A stretch of DNA of 64,000 nucleotides, from NCBI GenBank assembly GCA_003568415.1, contig PWXV01000058.1, positions 1,952 through 65,951 on the forward strand, in the 5' to 3' direction. The translations under genes were made by a program, and so were the position numbers. Source of the stretch: Ignavibacteriales bacterium (GTDB lineage: Bacteria > Bacteroidota > Ignavibacteria > T3Sed10-11). Below are positions 52,491 through 61,022 of this stretch, in pieces. The notes under the pieces were generated by a model. It did not search any database. It saw nothing but the letters and a program-made list of their open reading frames with translations, and was not told the DNA's origin. Within the stretch, counting starts at the first letter, position 1; each line of letters starts with the position of its first letter.

Positions 52491-53741
52491 ATGAGCACTA
52501 TAGAAGTTAAAAATATATCAAAGATCTTCGGACCTCGTCCCGAACGCGCGTTCAAGCTTTTAGAGCAGGGAATGTCGAAAGAAGAGGTTCAAAAAAAATT
52601 AGGGCTTGTTATTGGTGTATACGATATTTCATTTGAAGTGAAGAGCGGAGAAGTGTTTGTGATCATGGGGTTATCGGGAAGCGGTAAATCAACTCTCGAA
52701 CGGCTGCTCAACCGGCTTCACGATCCGACCCGTGGTTCAATCATAATAGACGGAAAAGATATTACAAAAATGGATCATAAAGAATTGATTCAATTCCGCC
52801 GTAAGGCATTTAGCGGTATGGTATTTCAAAATTTTGCCATATTACCACACCGTACCGTTCTCGGCAATGTTGAGTTTGGCCTTGAATTGCATGGTATTGA
52901 TAAGGAGAAAAGACAAAAACGAGCCCGCGAAGTTATTGAGGTTGTAGGATTACAGGGCTACGAAAACAGTTATCCCAGCGAGCTCTCCGGCGGTATGCAA
53001 CAGCGTGTTGGATTAGCCCGTGGGCTTGCGCTCGATGCCGATATTTTATTAATGGACGAAGCTTTCAGTGCTCTCGATCCACTCATCAGGCGTGAAATGC
53101 AGGATGAATTGCTTGAGCTGCAAACAAAAATGAAAAAGACTATTATATTTGTGACGCATGATCTTGATGAGGCATTTAAGATTGGCGATCGTATCGCTAT
53201 TCTGAAAGACGGTAAAATGGTACAACTCGGAACAGCAGAAGAAATTATTGTTAACCCGAAAGACGAGTATGTAAGAGCATTTGTTGAAGGACTCGATCGG
53301 ACCGGTGTCTTTACTGCCGGAACGATAATGCAGCCGGTAAAAGCAACGGCACACGTGAATGACGGACTAAATACAGTTTTACACAAAATCCGTCGTGCCG
53401 GATTATCAAGTATGCTGCTTGTCGATTCGGAGCGTAAATTGCACGGCTATCTGAAAGCCGAAGAGGTGGCTGAAGAAGTGAAAAAGAAATCGGTTGATGA
53501 AGAGAAGAAACCCGACTCATCATTGATTCATACACCGGAAACCGTTCATCCCGATACACAACTTACCGAAGTAATTGAACTTTATTCCGAATCGGCCGGG
53601 CCAATTGCGGTTGTTGATGATAATAATAAATTGCGTGGTGTTATTGTGCGTGGTGCAATTATAGCCGCATTGTCAAAAGGCTACAAACCCGAAGACAACG
53701 GGTATACCAGCGAAACCACCGCCGATGAAAAAGTAGAATAA
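52491..53741 (+). CDS. opuAA: glycine betaine/proline ABC transporter ATP-binding protein with tandem CBS domains
   Basis: Walker A GLSGSGKST, ABC signature LSGGMQQRVGLAR, Walker B ILLMDEA, and a C-terminal CBS pair. ATG at 52491; the track's GTG at 52467 abuts the terminator. Confidence 0.9.
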   Translation: MSTIEVKNISKIFGPRPERAFKLLEQGMSKEEVQKKLGLVIGVYDISFEVKSGEVFVIMGLSGSGKSTLERLLNRLHDPTRGSIIIDGKDITKMDHKELIQFRRKAFSGMVFQNFAILPHRTVLGNVEFGLELHGIDKEKRQKRAREVIEVVGLQGYENSYPSELSGGMQQRVGLARGLALDADILLMDEAFSALDPLIRREMQDELLELQTKMKKTIIFVTHDLDEAFKIGDRIAILKDGKMVQLGTAEEIIVNPKDEYVRAFVEGLDRTGVFTAGTIMQPVKATAHVNDGLNTVLHKIRRAGLSSMLLVDSERKLHGYLKAEEVAEEVKKKSVDEEKKPDSSLIHTPETVHPDTQLTEVIELYSESAGPIAVVDDNNKLRGVIVRGAIIAALSKGYKPEDNGYTSETTADEKVE

Positions 53742-53762
53742 TTTTTTAAAGGAGATTGAGAG

Positions 53763-54599
53763 ATGTTACCATTTCGGATACCCATACGTGACTGGATCTC
53801 ATCTATGGTTGATTATTTATCGACTCAGTTCGCGGTTGTATTTGATTCAATCAGTGATCTTGTCCTTTTTTTAGTCGATAATTTTAAAGATGGTCTGTTA
53901 GCGCTTCATCCGTTGGTACTCATAGTTATAATCGGACTCATAACGTATCGTATGGCAGGACTGACGATGGCCATCGTTGCAGTTTTTGGATTATTCATAG
54001 TTGAGAACATTGGACTCTGGATTGCCTTTAATGAAACACTTGCCCTCGTACTCTCGGCGGAAGTATTTGTAGTTGTACTTGGTCTGCCATTAGGTATTCT
54101 TGCAGCCGGAAGCGATCGTTTCAATGGTTTAATCCGTCCAATTCTTGATTTTATGCAAACAATGCCCGCTTTTGTCTATCTCATTCCTGCAGTTATGTTC
54201 TTCGGATTAGGCCTCGTTCCGGGAGTAATTGCAACATTTGTTTTCGCTATCCCACCGCTCATTCGTCTCACGAATTTAGGCATCCGCCAGGTGCCGAAAG
54301 AACTTATCGAAGCCAGCGATGCTTTTGGTGCAACCCGTACCCAGAAATTATTGAAGGTACAGATGCCGGTCGCGCTGCCAACGGTTATGGCCGGTGTGAA
54401 TCAATCTATTATGCTTGGTTTGTCTATGGTTGTTATTGCCGCGATGATCGGTGCTGGCGGTCTTGGAGCAGATGTGTTGCGGGGTATCTCACGTCTGCAG
54501 GTCGGTCAGGGATTTGAGGCAGGACTTGCCGTTGTGATCCTTGCTATCATTCTCGATCGAATAACTGCGGGTTTCGGACAAATGAAAAAACCGAATTAA
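53763..54599 (+). CDS. opuAB: glycine betaine/proline ABC transporter permease
   Basis: Six-TM BPD-transporter permease whose EAA-like loop reads (ASDAFGATRTQKLLKVQMP). Confidence 0.9.
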   Translation: MLPFRIPIRDWISSMVDYLSTQFAVVFDSISDLVLFLVDNFKDGLLALHPLVLIVIIGLITYRMAGLTMAIVAVFGLFIVENIGLWIAFNETLALVLSAEVFVVVLGLPLGILAAGSDRFNGLIRPILDFMQTMPAFVYLIPAVMFFGLGLVPGVIATFVFAIPPLIRLTNLGIRQVPKELIEASDAFGATRTQKLLKVQMPVALPTVMAGVNQSIMLGLSMVVIAAMIGAGGLGADVLRGISRLQVGQGFEAGLAVVILAIILDRITAGFGQMKKPN

Positions 54600-54639
54600 G
54601 CATAGTAATCCCCTCGTTAATTTATATGAAGGAGTTTTT

Positions 54640-54975
54640 ATGCAAAGAAAAGGTACCTATAGTCACAACTACAACCCGGAACGGCTGCGCGAGTTAATAG
54701 AGGAGGGGAGGACAGCCAAAGAAATCATGAAAGATCTGAAGATATCGAAGTACAGTCTCTATGAGCATTTGCTTATGCTGCAGGACGAAGATGGGAAGCT
54801 TTACACAATTGAGGGACTATTCGATATTCCCACAGAAGAAGAGCGAAAGTGGATGAAGTATAAGAAAAACGGCGTCATTTTTTCAGAGCGCATGCTCGAG
54901 TATGCCGGTTTTAAACCCGGGGACGCTTTTGAGATGGTGGTTGAGGAGGATCGGGTGATACTAAAAAAGATTTAA
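54640..54975 (+). CDS. small putative DNA-binding protein: N-terminal HTH-like + C-terminal AbrB/SpoVT-like swapped-hairpin domain
   Basis: AAGGAG RBS. HTH-like RTAKEIMKDLKISKYSLYEHL, and a C-terminal GVIFSERMLEYAGFKPGDAFEMVVEEDRVILKK. Confidence 0.5.
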   Translation: MQRKGTYSHNYNPERLRELIEEGRTAKEIMKDLKISKYSLYEHLLMLQDEDGKLYTIEGLFDIPTEEERKWMKYKKNGVIFSERMLEYAGFKPGDAFEMVVEEDRVILKKI

Positions 54976-55011
54976 TCAACCAAACTATAATTAATACGTT
55001 AAGGAAAAAAT

Positions 55012-56580
55012 ATGCCTGACGAATTAAAAGTACCTACCTCTGAAATAAAAAAAGTACGAACATGGAAAAATCTGGATAGAAAATTTCTAAGGTACAATAT
55101 CCAACCGTGGGTGTTCTTCGGTGGTGCTGGATTGATTATAGTTGGTGTTGTTCTCACGCTCTTAGCCGGTGAAGCCGCTGAGAGTTTTTTTGCCTCAATT
55201 CAAGACTGGATTGCCAACCAGGCCGGATGGTTCTTTATTCTGGTAATGAACACCGTCCTTATTTTCTGTATCATATTAATTTTATCAAAATATTCAACGA
55301 TGCGTCTCGGAGGAGAGGATGCCGAACCCGAGTTTAGTGTCACAGGATGGTTTGCAATGCTCTTCAGTGCCGGTATGGGGATCGGCTTACTTTTCTATGG
55401 TGTTGCAGAACCGATGTTTCACTACGTTGCAAATCCCCTGAGTGAACCCGGCACGCCTGAATCAGCCCAGAAAGCGATGGAACTTACCTTCTTACACTGG
55501 GGATTTCATCCATGGGCAATATACGCAATGGTCGGACTGGGACTTGCCTTTTTCGGATTTTCCAAGGGGCTACCGTTGTCAATCCGGAATATATTTTATC
55601 CTTTACTCGGAGATAAAATATATGGCCCGATCGGTAATCTCATCGACATACTCGCGACTATTGCAACCCTATTCGGAGTTGCTACGTCACTCGGTCTCGG
55701 TGTTCAGCAGGTCAATGCCGGTCTGAGTCATCTTTTCGGAATTCCACAAAATGTAGTTGTACAGAGTATCCTGATAGCAGGTATTACGGCAATAGCCGTT
55801 TGGTCGGTTGTTCGGGGTCTCGATGCCGGTATAAAAGTTCTGAGTCAATTCAATATGATTGTCGCCGGGGTGTTGATGCTTTTTGTGTTCCTGCTCGGCC
55901 CGACACTTTTTATCTTAAACGGTGTACTTGAAAATACCGGTAATTATCTGCAGAATCTTCCGTCATTGGCGCTCTGGAATGAAGCTTTTGAAGAAGGCGG
56001 TTGGCAAAATGCATGGACCATCTTCTACTGGGGATGGTGGATTGCATGGTCACCGTTTGTGGGTATGTTTATAGCCCGCGTTTCATACGGAAGGACAATC
56101 CGCGAATACCTCCTCGGAGTTCTCATTGTGCCGGTCGGGGTCACTATTGTTTGGATGACAGTGTTCGGCAATAGCGCCATCTTTATTGAACATTACGGTG
56201 CAGGCGGTATGGCGAGAGCCGTGCAGGAGAATATCCCGGTTTCATTATTTGTATTTCTTGAAAATTTCCCGCTTGATATTGTTACATCATTACTTGCAGT
56301 AGTTGTTATCATAACCTTCTTTGTAACGTCATCAGACTCCGGTTCGATGGTTATTGATATCATAACGGCAGGAGGTAATCCCAATCCACCCAAACCGCAG
56401 CGTGTATTCTGGGCGGTGTCAGAGGGTGTTGTTGCTGCAGTATTATTACTGGGAGGCGGGTTGGTTGCACTGCAAACGGCTGCTATTATTACCGGACTAC
56501 CTTTTGCGATAATTATATTTATAATGTGCTGGTCTGTATTTAAAGGGCTGAGAGACCATTGGGAAACGTATTACGAATAA
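55012..56580 (+). CDS. BCCT-family betaine/carnitine/choline transporter (copy 1)
   Basis: BCCT hallmark WTIFYWGWWIAWSPFVGMFIARVSYGRTIREY, and 12 TM helices. Confidence 0.9.
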   Translation: MPDELKVPTSEIKKVRTWKNLDRKFLRYNIQPWVFFGGAGLIIVGVVLTLLAGEAAESFFASIQDWIANQAGWFFILVMNTVLIFCIILILSKYSTMRLGGEDAEPEFSVTGWFAMLFSAGMGIGLLFYGVAEPMFHYVANPLSEPGTPESAQKAMELTFLHWGFHPWAIYAMVGLGLAFFGFSKGLPLSIRNIFYPLLGDKIYGPIGNLIDILATIATLFGVATSLGLGVQQVNAGLSHLFGIPQNVVVQSILIAGITAIAVWSVVRGLDAGIKVLSQFNMIVAGVLMLFVFLLGPTLFILNGVLENTGNYLQNLPSLALWNEAFEEGGWQNAWTIFYWGWWIAWSPFVGMFIARVSYGRTIREYLLGVLIVPVGVTIVWMTVFGNSAIFIEHYGAGGMARAVQENIPVSLFVFLENFPLDIVTSLLAVVVIITFFVTSSDSGSMVIDIITAGGNPNPPKPQRVFWAVSEGVVAAVLLLGGGLVALQTAAIITGLPFAIIIFIMCWSVFKGLRDHWETYYE

Positions 56581-56655
56581 AGTTTACAAACCGGCTCCCA
56601 TAATGGCCTCGTGGGGGTTGTGATTTATTAACCAGAGGCAATTTTGAGGTTAATT

Positions 56656-57579
56656 ATGAGCACAAAATTTTCTGTACCGCTTATAGTTTTCTTCCTACTC
56701 GTCGGAATGTCTGCATTATTTACCGGTACAACACACGGCCAGGATGAAGGAAGACAGGTGGTGCGGCTTGCCTATGTTGAGTGGTCTTCTGAGATTGCAA
56801 GTACGAATCTTGTAAGAGCAGTATTACAGGAAGAGATGGGATACCAGTGTGAGATAATTCCAATGGCTGCAGATGAAATGTGGGAAGCTGTCGCAACCGG
56901 AGAAGTAGATGCAATGGTGGCTGCCTGGCTGCCGGGCACCCACGGCCATTTTTATGAGGAATATAAAGATCAAATTGAGGATTTAGGTCCCAATCTGGAA
57001 GGAACACGAACCGGTCTGGTAATACCGCAGGTTACACCCGGCAGACAAACCGGAAGAACGGGTTTGCAGAATGTTCCGTATATGAATATCAGTTCAATAA
57101 CCGAATTACCCGAGCACGCAGATAGGGTACGGGGCAGAATCATAGGAATCGACCCGGAAGCGGGTATTATGCGGCAAACCAGAGAGGCAATAGAAGTATA
57201 CGGTCTCGATGGTTTCGAATTAATATCGGGAAGTGAGATATCGATGGCAGCGGAACTTGCCAACGCCATTCGCCGGCTGGAGTGGATCGTGGTTACCGGC
57301 TGGATACCCCATTGGAAATTCGCCCGCTGGAATTTGAAATTCCTCGAGGATCCGGAAGGTGTGTTCGGCGGCAGGGAAGAAATTCATACAATTACTCGTC
57401 AGGGTCTCAGAGACGATATGCCCGAAGTGTATGAATTCTTAAATAATTTTTACTGGACTGCCGCTGATATGGAACAACTTATGCTATGGATCGAAGAACA
57501 ACAGGGTGTTTATCCGGCCGATCAAGCCAGACGGTGGATACGCCACCACCGTGACAAAGTTGAAGCATGGCTTCCATAA
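56656..57579 (+). CDS. second OpuAC-like glycine-betaine-binding protein (orphan, between two BCCT genes)
   Basis: Paralog of 51548..52411 (VVRLAYVEWSSEIASTNLV...DAMVAAWLP...IVVTGWIPHWKF) with an extra ~25-aa insert. ATG at 56656 after GAGGT; the track's TTG is at 56644. Confidence 0.8.
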   Translation: MSTKFSVPLIVFFLLVGMSALFTGTTHGQDEGRQVVRLAYVEWSSEIASTNLVRAVLQEEMGYQCEIIPMAADEMWEAVATGEVDAMVAAWLPGTHGHFYEEYKDQIEDLGPNLEGTRTGLVIPQVTPGRQTGRTGLQNVPYMNISSITELPEHADRVRGRIIGIDPEAGIMRQTREAIEVYGLDGFELISGSEISMAAELANAIRRLEWIVVTGWIPHWKFARWNLKFLEDPEGVFGGREEIHTITRQGLRDDMPEVYEFLNNFYWTAADMEQLMLWIEEQQGVYPADQARRWIRHHRDKVEAWLP

Positions 57580-57785
57580 ATTACGATGCCGGGTATATTG
57601 GGTGATATGGTTTTTTAAATGAGATTATCCGGTATACCCGGCAGTACTAAGGTAGATTGTTTTATCCCCCAATTGTCTCAGGCTATATGAGATTCGTTCA
57701 TCTCTAATAAAGTTTGTAGAATTCATTCCTTCTACTTATCATTATATTCAAATTAATATTTTAGACACAATACCGGCACATAGTT

Positions 57786-59336
57786 ATGTCTGTCATTAAA
57801 AAGTTCTTTACTGATATTAATCCGTATGTATTTTTCATATCTGTTGTAGTCATCGGATTCTTTCTTTTCTTTGGTGTGTTCTTCACCGAGGGAACGGGAG
57901 TTGTTTTTGCAATAATCCAGAATTTTATTGTTGTAAAATTTGGCTGGTTTTATACGCTTGCTGTGGGAGTTTTCCTGGTATTTGTGATATTTTTATTTTT
58001 CAGTCCCTATGGCGGATTTAGACTCGGCCCGGATGAATCAGAGCCTGACTATACCTACGCAAGTTGGTTTGCGATGCTCTTCAGTGCTGGCATGGGAATC
58101 GGTCTGGTATTTTTCGGAGTTGCCGAACCGATGTATCATTACCTTGCGCCCCCAACAATGGATGGTGAGACTATAGAAGCAGCAAAAGAATCGATGAAGC
58201 TTACCTTTTTTCATTGGGGCTTTCATGCCTGGGCTATTTATATTATCGTCGGCCTATCGTTAGCATATTTTTCATTTCGTCATAACTTGCCGCTATCAAT
58301 CCGGTCGGCTTTTTATCCATTGCTCGGTGAGCGGATATATGGCCCTATCGGTAATATCGTCGATATACTCGCAATATTCGGGACGATGTTCGGAGTTGCA
58401 ACTTCTCTGGGTATCGGGGTTTTACAGATCAATGAAGGTTTGAATTTTCTGTTCGGTATTGGTACTTCTACAACACTTCAAATCATTTTAATAATCATCA
58501 TATCGTTGATTGCAACCGGGTCGGTTGCACTGGGTCTTGATAAGGGAATACGTAGATTAAGTAACTTTAATATGACAATTGCTATTTCCATTATAGGATT
58601 TGTGTTTCTTACCGGTCCGACGATATTTATATTAAATTCTATGGTAGAGAATACCGGCTATTATTTGCAGAACCTCGTCGAAACCACCTTCTGGTTAAAT
58701 TCATACGAGGGAACCGAATGGTTAGGAGATTGGACGCTCTTTTATTGGGGCTGGTGGATTGCATGGTCGCCGTTTGTCGGAACCTTTATTGCACGTGTCT
58801 CCCGCGGAAGAACCGTTCGTGAATTTATTGCCGGTGTGTTGCTTGCGCCGACGGGGTTTACCTTTATCTGGCTGACGGTATTCGGTAATACAGGACTGCA
58901 TATGGAGATCTTCGGTGTCGGTGGAATCTCACAAGGAACGACCGAACAAATGTTGTTCCTTATGTTGCAAAACCTTCCCATTGCAGAAGTGATGTCGATG
59001 TTATGTGTTCTTATCATTGTATCGTTTTTTGTGACTTCGTCAGACTCCGGCTCGCTCGTTATTGGTATGCTTGCATCGAACGGTAACCCCGATCCGCCAC
59101 TCGGACAACGAATTTTCTGGGCACTGGGAGAAGGTGCAGTTGCGGCTGTTCTCTTGCTTGCAGGAGGACTCGGCGCTCTGCAAACTGCGTCTATTACTAC
59201 GGGATTGCCATTTACCGTAGTATTGCTGGTTATATGTTATAGTCTGGTTAAAGGAATGAACCGTGAACGCGAAACATTAATGATGACCCGGCGATATTTT
59301 GTGGCACGGGAACCGAAAGAAAAAAAACCGGAATAA
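57786..59336 (+). CDS. BCCT-family betaine/carnitine/choline transporter (copy 2)
   Basis: WTLFYWGWWIAWSPFVGTFIARVSRGRTVREF. Paralog of copy 1. Confidence 0.9.
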   Translation: MSVIKKFFTDINPYVFFISVVVIGFFLFFGVFFTEGTGVVFAIIQNFIVVKFGWFYTLAVGVFLVFVIFLFFSPYGGFRLGPDESEPDYTYASWFAMLFSAGMGIGLVFFGVAEPMYHYLAPPTMDGETIEAAKESMKLTFFHWGFHAWAIYIIVGLSLAYFSFRHNLPLSIRSAFYPLLGERIYGPIGNIVDILAIFGTMFGVATSLGIGVLQINEGLNFLFGIGTSTTLQIILIIIISLIATGSVALGLDKGIRRLSNFNMTIAISIIGFVFLTGPTIFILNSMVENTGYYLQNLVETTFWLNSYEGTEWLGDWTLFYWGWWIAWSPFVGTFIARVSRGRTVREFIAGVLLAPTGFTFIWLTVFGNTGLHMEIFGVGGISQGTTEQMLFLMLQNLPIAEVMSMLCVLIIVSFFVTSSDSGSLVIGMLASNGNPDPPLGQRIFWALGEGAVAAVLLLAGGLGALQTASITTGLPFTVVLLVICYSLVKGMNRERETLMMTRRYFVAREPKEKKPE

Positions 59337-59366
59337 CGCACCTTTTTACTCAAAGGAGGACTCTAC

Positions 59367-59822
59367 ATGAGTGATTGGAAAAAAACACTTGAACATCTTT
59401 TCAGCGAAGAATACCGTCAACGATCGGTACAGCGGCAGGAAGAACGTAAAGGAAAACTGCGTGCAAAAAAATTCATTGCCGAGGTTGTTGAACCGGCTTT
59501 TGAAGAAATTGCCGATGCACTGGGAGATTACGGCCGGGATGCGGAAGTGTTGACATCAAAAAATAAGGCTATTATACGGGTAATTTATCAAGGGAAAGAA
59601 GAATTTTATTTTGCCGTTACCATGCAGCCGTATCAGGAACGCAAATTTATGTTTCCCGTCTTACCGATTCGTGATGATGAAGGCAAGTTATATCGTGCAG
59701 TTATACATTTAAAAGAAACGAAAGAACGTCAGGTTGAACACGATGTTACGAATTACACACGTGCAGAATTGATAGAAACATTTTTATTTTATTACCGGCG
59801 CCATTTTGAATGGCGGCATTAA
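59367..59822 (+). CDS. hypothetical protein
   Basis: 151 aa with a strong RBS (AAGGAGG). No recognisable motif. Confidence 0.55.
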   Translation: MSDWKKTLEHLFSEEYRQRSVQRQEERKGKLRAKKFIAEVVEPAFEEIADALGDYGRDAEVLTSKNKAIIRVIYQGKEEFYFAVTMQPYQERKFMFPVLPIRDDEGKLYRAVIHLKETKERQVEHDVTNYTRAELIETFLFYYRRHFEWRH

Positions 59823-60361
59823 ACCGACGGTGGCTTTCCGCTTTCGTTTGCCTTCGTTTGATAGTACTTACTTTTTTCCTCATCACCGATGATACTATAC
59901 AAACGGGAAAGCCGAAGATATAATGCTTTCGGCTGCGGTACCTGTGTTACACCGAATTGACAGAGTTCGATCAACTGATCTATAGGAGGAATATTCAAAT
60001 CCGGTTCGTAGCAATCGCATGCATCGAGATAGGGATCGGGTTCGTTTGGTTTAACTTCGGCGGCTTTCCGGTAATACAGTAATGCCAGCTCATAATTATC
60101 GTATTGAAAGAATGTCAGCTCAAACACATTGGCAAGCCACATATATACATCGTATGCTATGTGCGGAAATTCCTTGGCAAGCTTTTCACCAAATAAGCAC
60201 AGCTCGTCGGGGGTAAGCGCCTTATTCCAGAAAAGCTGCCGGTACAGCTCTATATCGTCATTTTTATTGGTGATCGCTGCTTCGAATGCATCAAATATTT
60301 GATTAAAATCCTTGGAGGAGGTAAATATATTTCGAATCTCATCGAAAGAAAGTTTTGCCAT
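59819..60361 (-). CDS. hypothetical protein (helical, TPR-like)
   Basis: 180 aa, convergent with the previous gene and overlapping it by 4 nt. Confidence 0.45.
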   Translation of the reverse strand: MAKLSFDEIRNIFTSSKDFNQIFDAFEAAITNKNDDIELYRQLFWNKALTPDELCLFGEKLAKEFPHIAYDVYMWLANVFELTFFQYDNYELALLYYRKAAEVKPNEPDPYLDACDCYEPDLNIPPIDQLIELCQFGVTQVPQPKALYLRLSRLYSIIGDEEKSKYYQTKANESGKPPSV

Positions 60362-60491
60362 GGACCATCTCAGAATATACCGTTTTCGGGACAGAAGAGT
60401 GTGGCTGCCTGTCCATTATAAACCATTGGGGTACTATATCATTATAGTATAAAAAAGGTAGTAAAGCCATGAAATAAATGCAAGACTTTCA

Positions 60492-60520
60492 TTGACAAGC
60501 TTGACTATTTTTATTATAAT
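60492..60520 (+). promoter_or_regulatory. consensus sigma-70-type promoter upstream of fdxA
   Basis: TTGACA, then a 17-nt spacer, then TATAAT: a perfect -35/-10, about 107 nt upstream of the fdxA ATG. Confidence 0.5.
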
Positions 60521-60627
60521 TAACCATACTACAGTTGTGAGTATCTTTTCATATCTCAGAGAATAAAGAAACTCATCAGGATTTATTAATATAATAGACA
60601 TACTCTATCACCACAAAGGAGGAAATT

Positions 60628-60942
60628 ATGACATATGTAGTAACTCAGGTGTGTTATGACTGCAAGTATACTGATTGTGTGGAGGTATGTCCGGTCGACT
60701 GTTTCTATGAAGATGAACACATGCTATACATTCATCCCGATGAATGCATAGACTGTGATGCCTGTGTGCCTGAATGTCCGATCGAGGCAATATTCCCGGA
60801 AGATGAAGTGCCGGATCGATGGAAGGATGATATCCAATTGAATGCAGAAAAAGCGCCGGAATGTGAAAATATCACCGAGAAAAAAGAAGCGCTTGCCGGC
60901 AAAACCGATCGGGATTGTAAAAAAGCAAGCGAATACGACTAA
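60628..60942 (+). CDS. fdxA: 7Fe ferredoxin (Azotobacter FdxA type; one 3Fe-4S plus one 4Fe-4S)
   Basis: [55 protein letters not shown], which closely matches the A. vinelandii FdI cysteine spacing. AAGGAGG RBS. Confidence 0.9.
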   Translation: MTYVVTQVCYDCKYTDCVEVCPVDCFYEDEHMLYIHPDECIDCDACVPECPIEAIFPEDEVPDRWKDDIQLNAEKAPECENITEKKEALAGKTDRDCKKASEYD

Positions 60943-60974
60943 CCGATATACTATACTTTCGATTATGTCAAAAG

Positions 60975-61013
60975 CGGGAGGTGTTGCATCCTATGCATCT
61001 CCCGTTTTTTTAT
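60975..61013 (+). terminator. intrinsic terminator after fdxA
   Basis: CGGGAG...CTCCCG stem with an inner TGCAT/ATGCA pairing, followed by TTTTTTT. Confidence 0.7.
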
Positions 61014-61022
61014 AGTAATTTT

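Noticed and set aside
59821-59915. Imperfect inverted repeat GGCTTTCCGCTTTCGTTTG ... CAAACGGGAAAGCC
   Set aside because: It lies inside the coding 3' end of the 59819..60361 gene, the arms are imperfect, and it is not followed by a U-tract.
60981-61022. Upstream extension of the EEP/T9SS gene as given in the ORF track (start 60981)
   Set aside because: The extension begins with a non-ATG codon inside the fdxA intrinsic terminator hairpin. The in-frame ATG at ~61023 is immediately followed by a canonical signal peptide.
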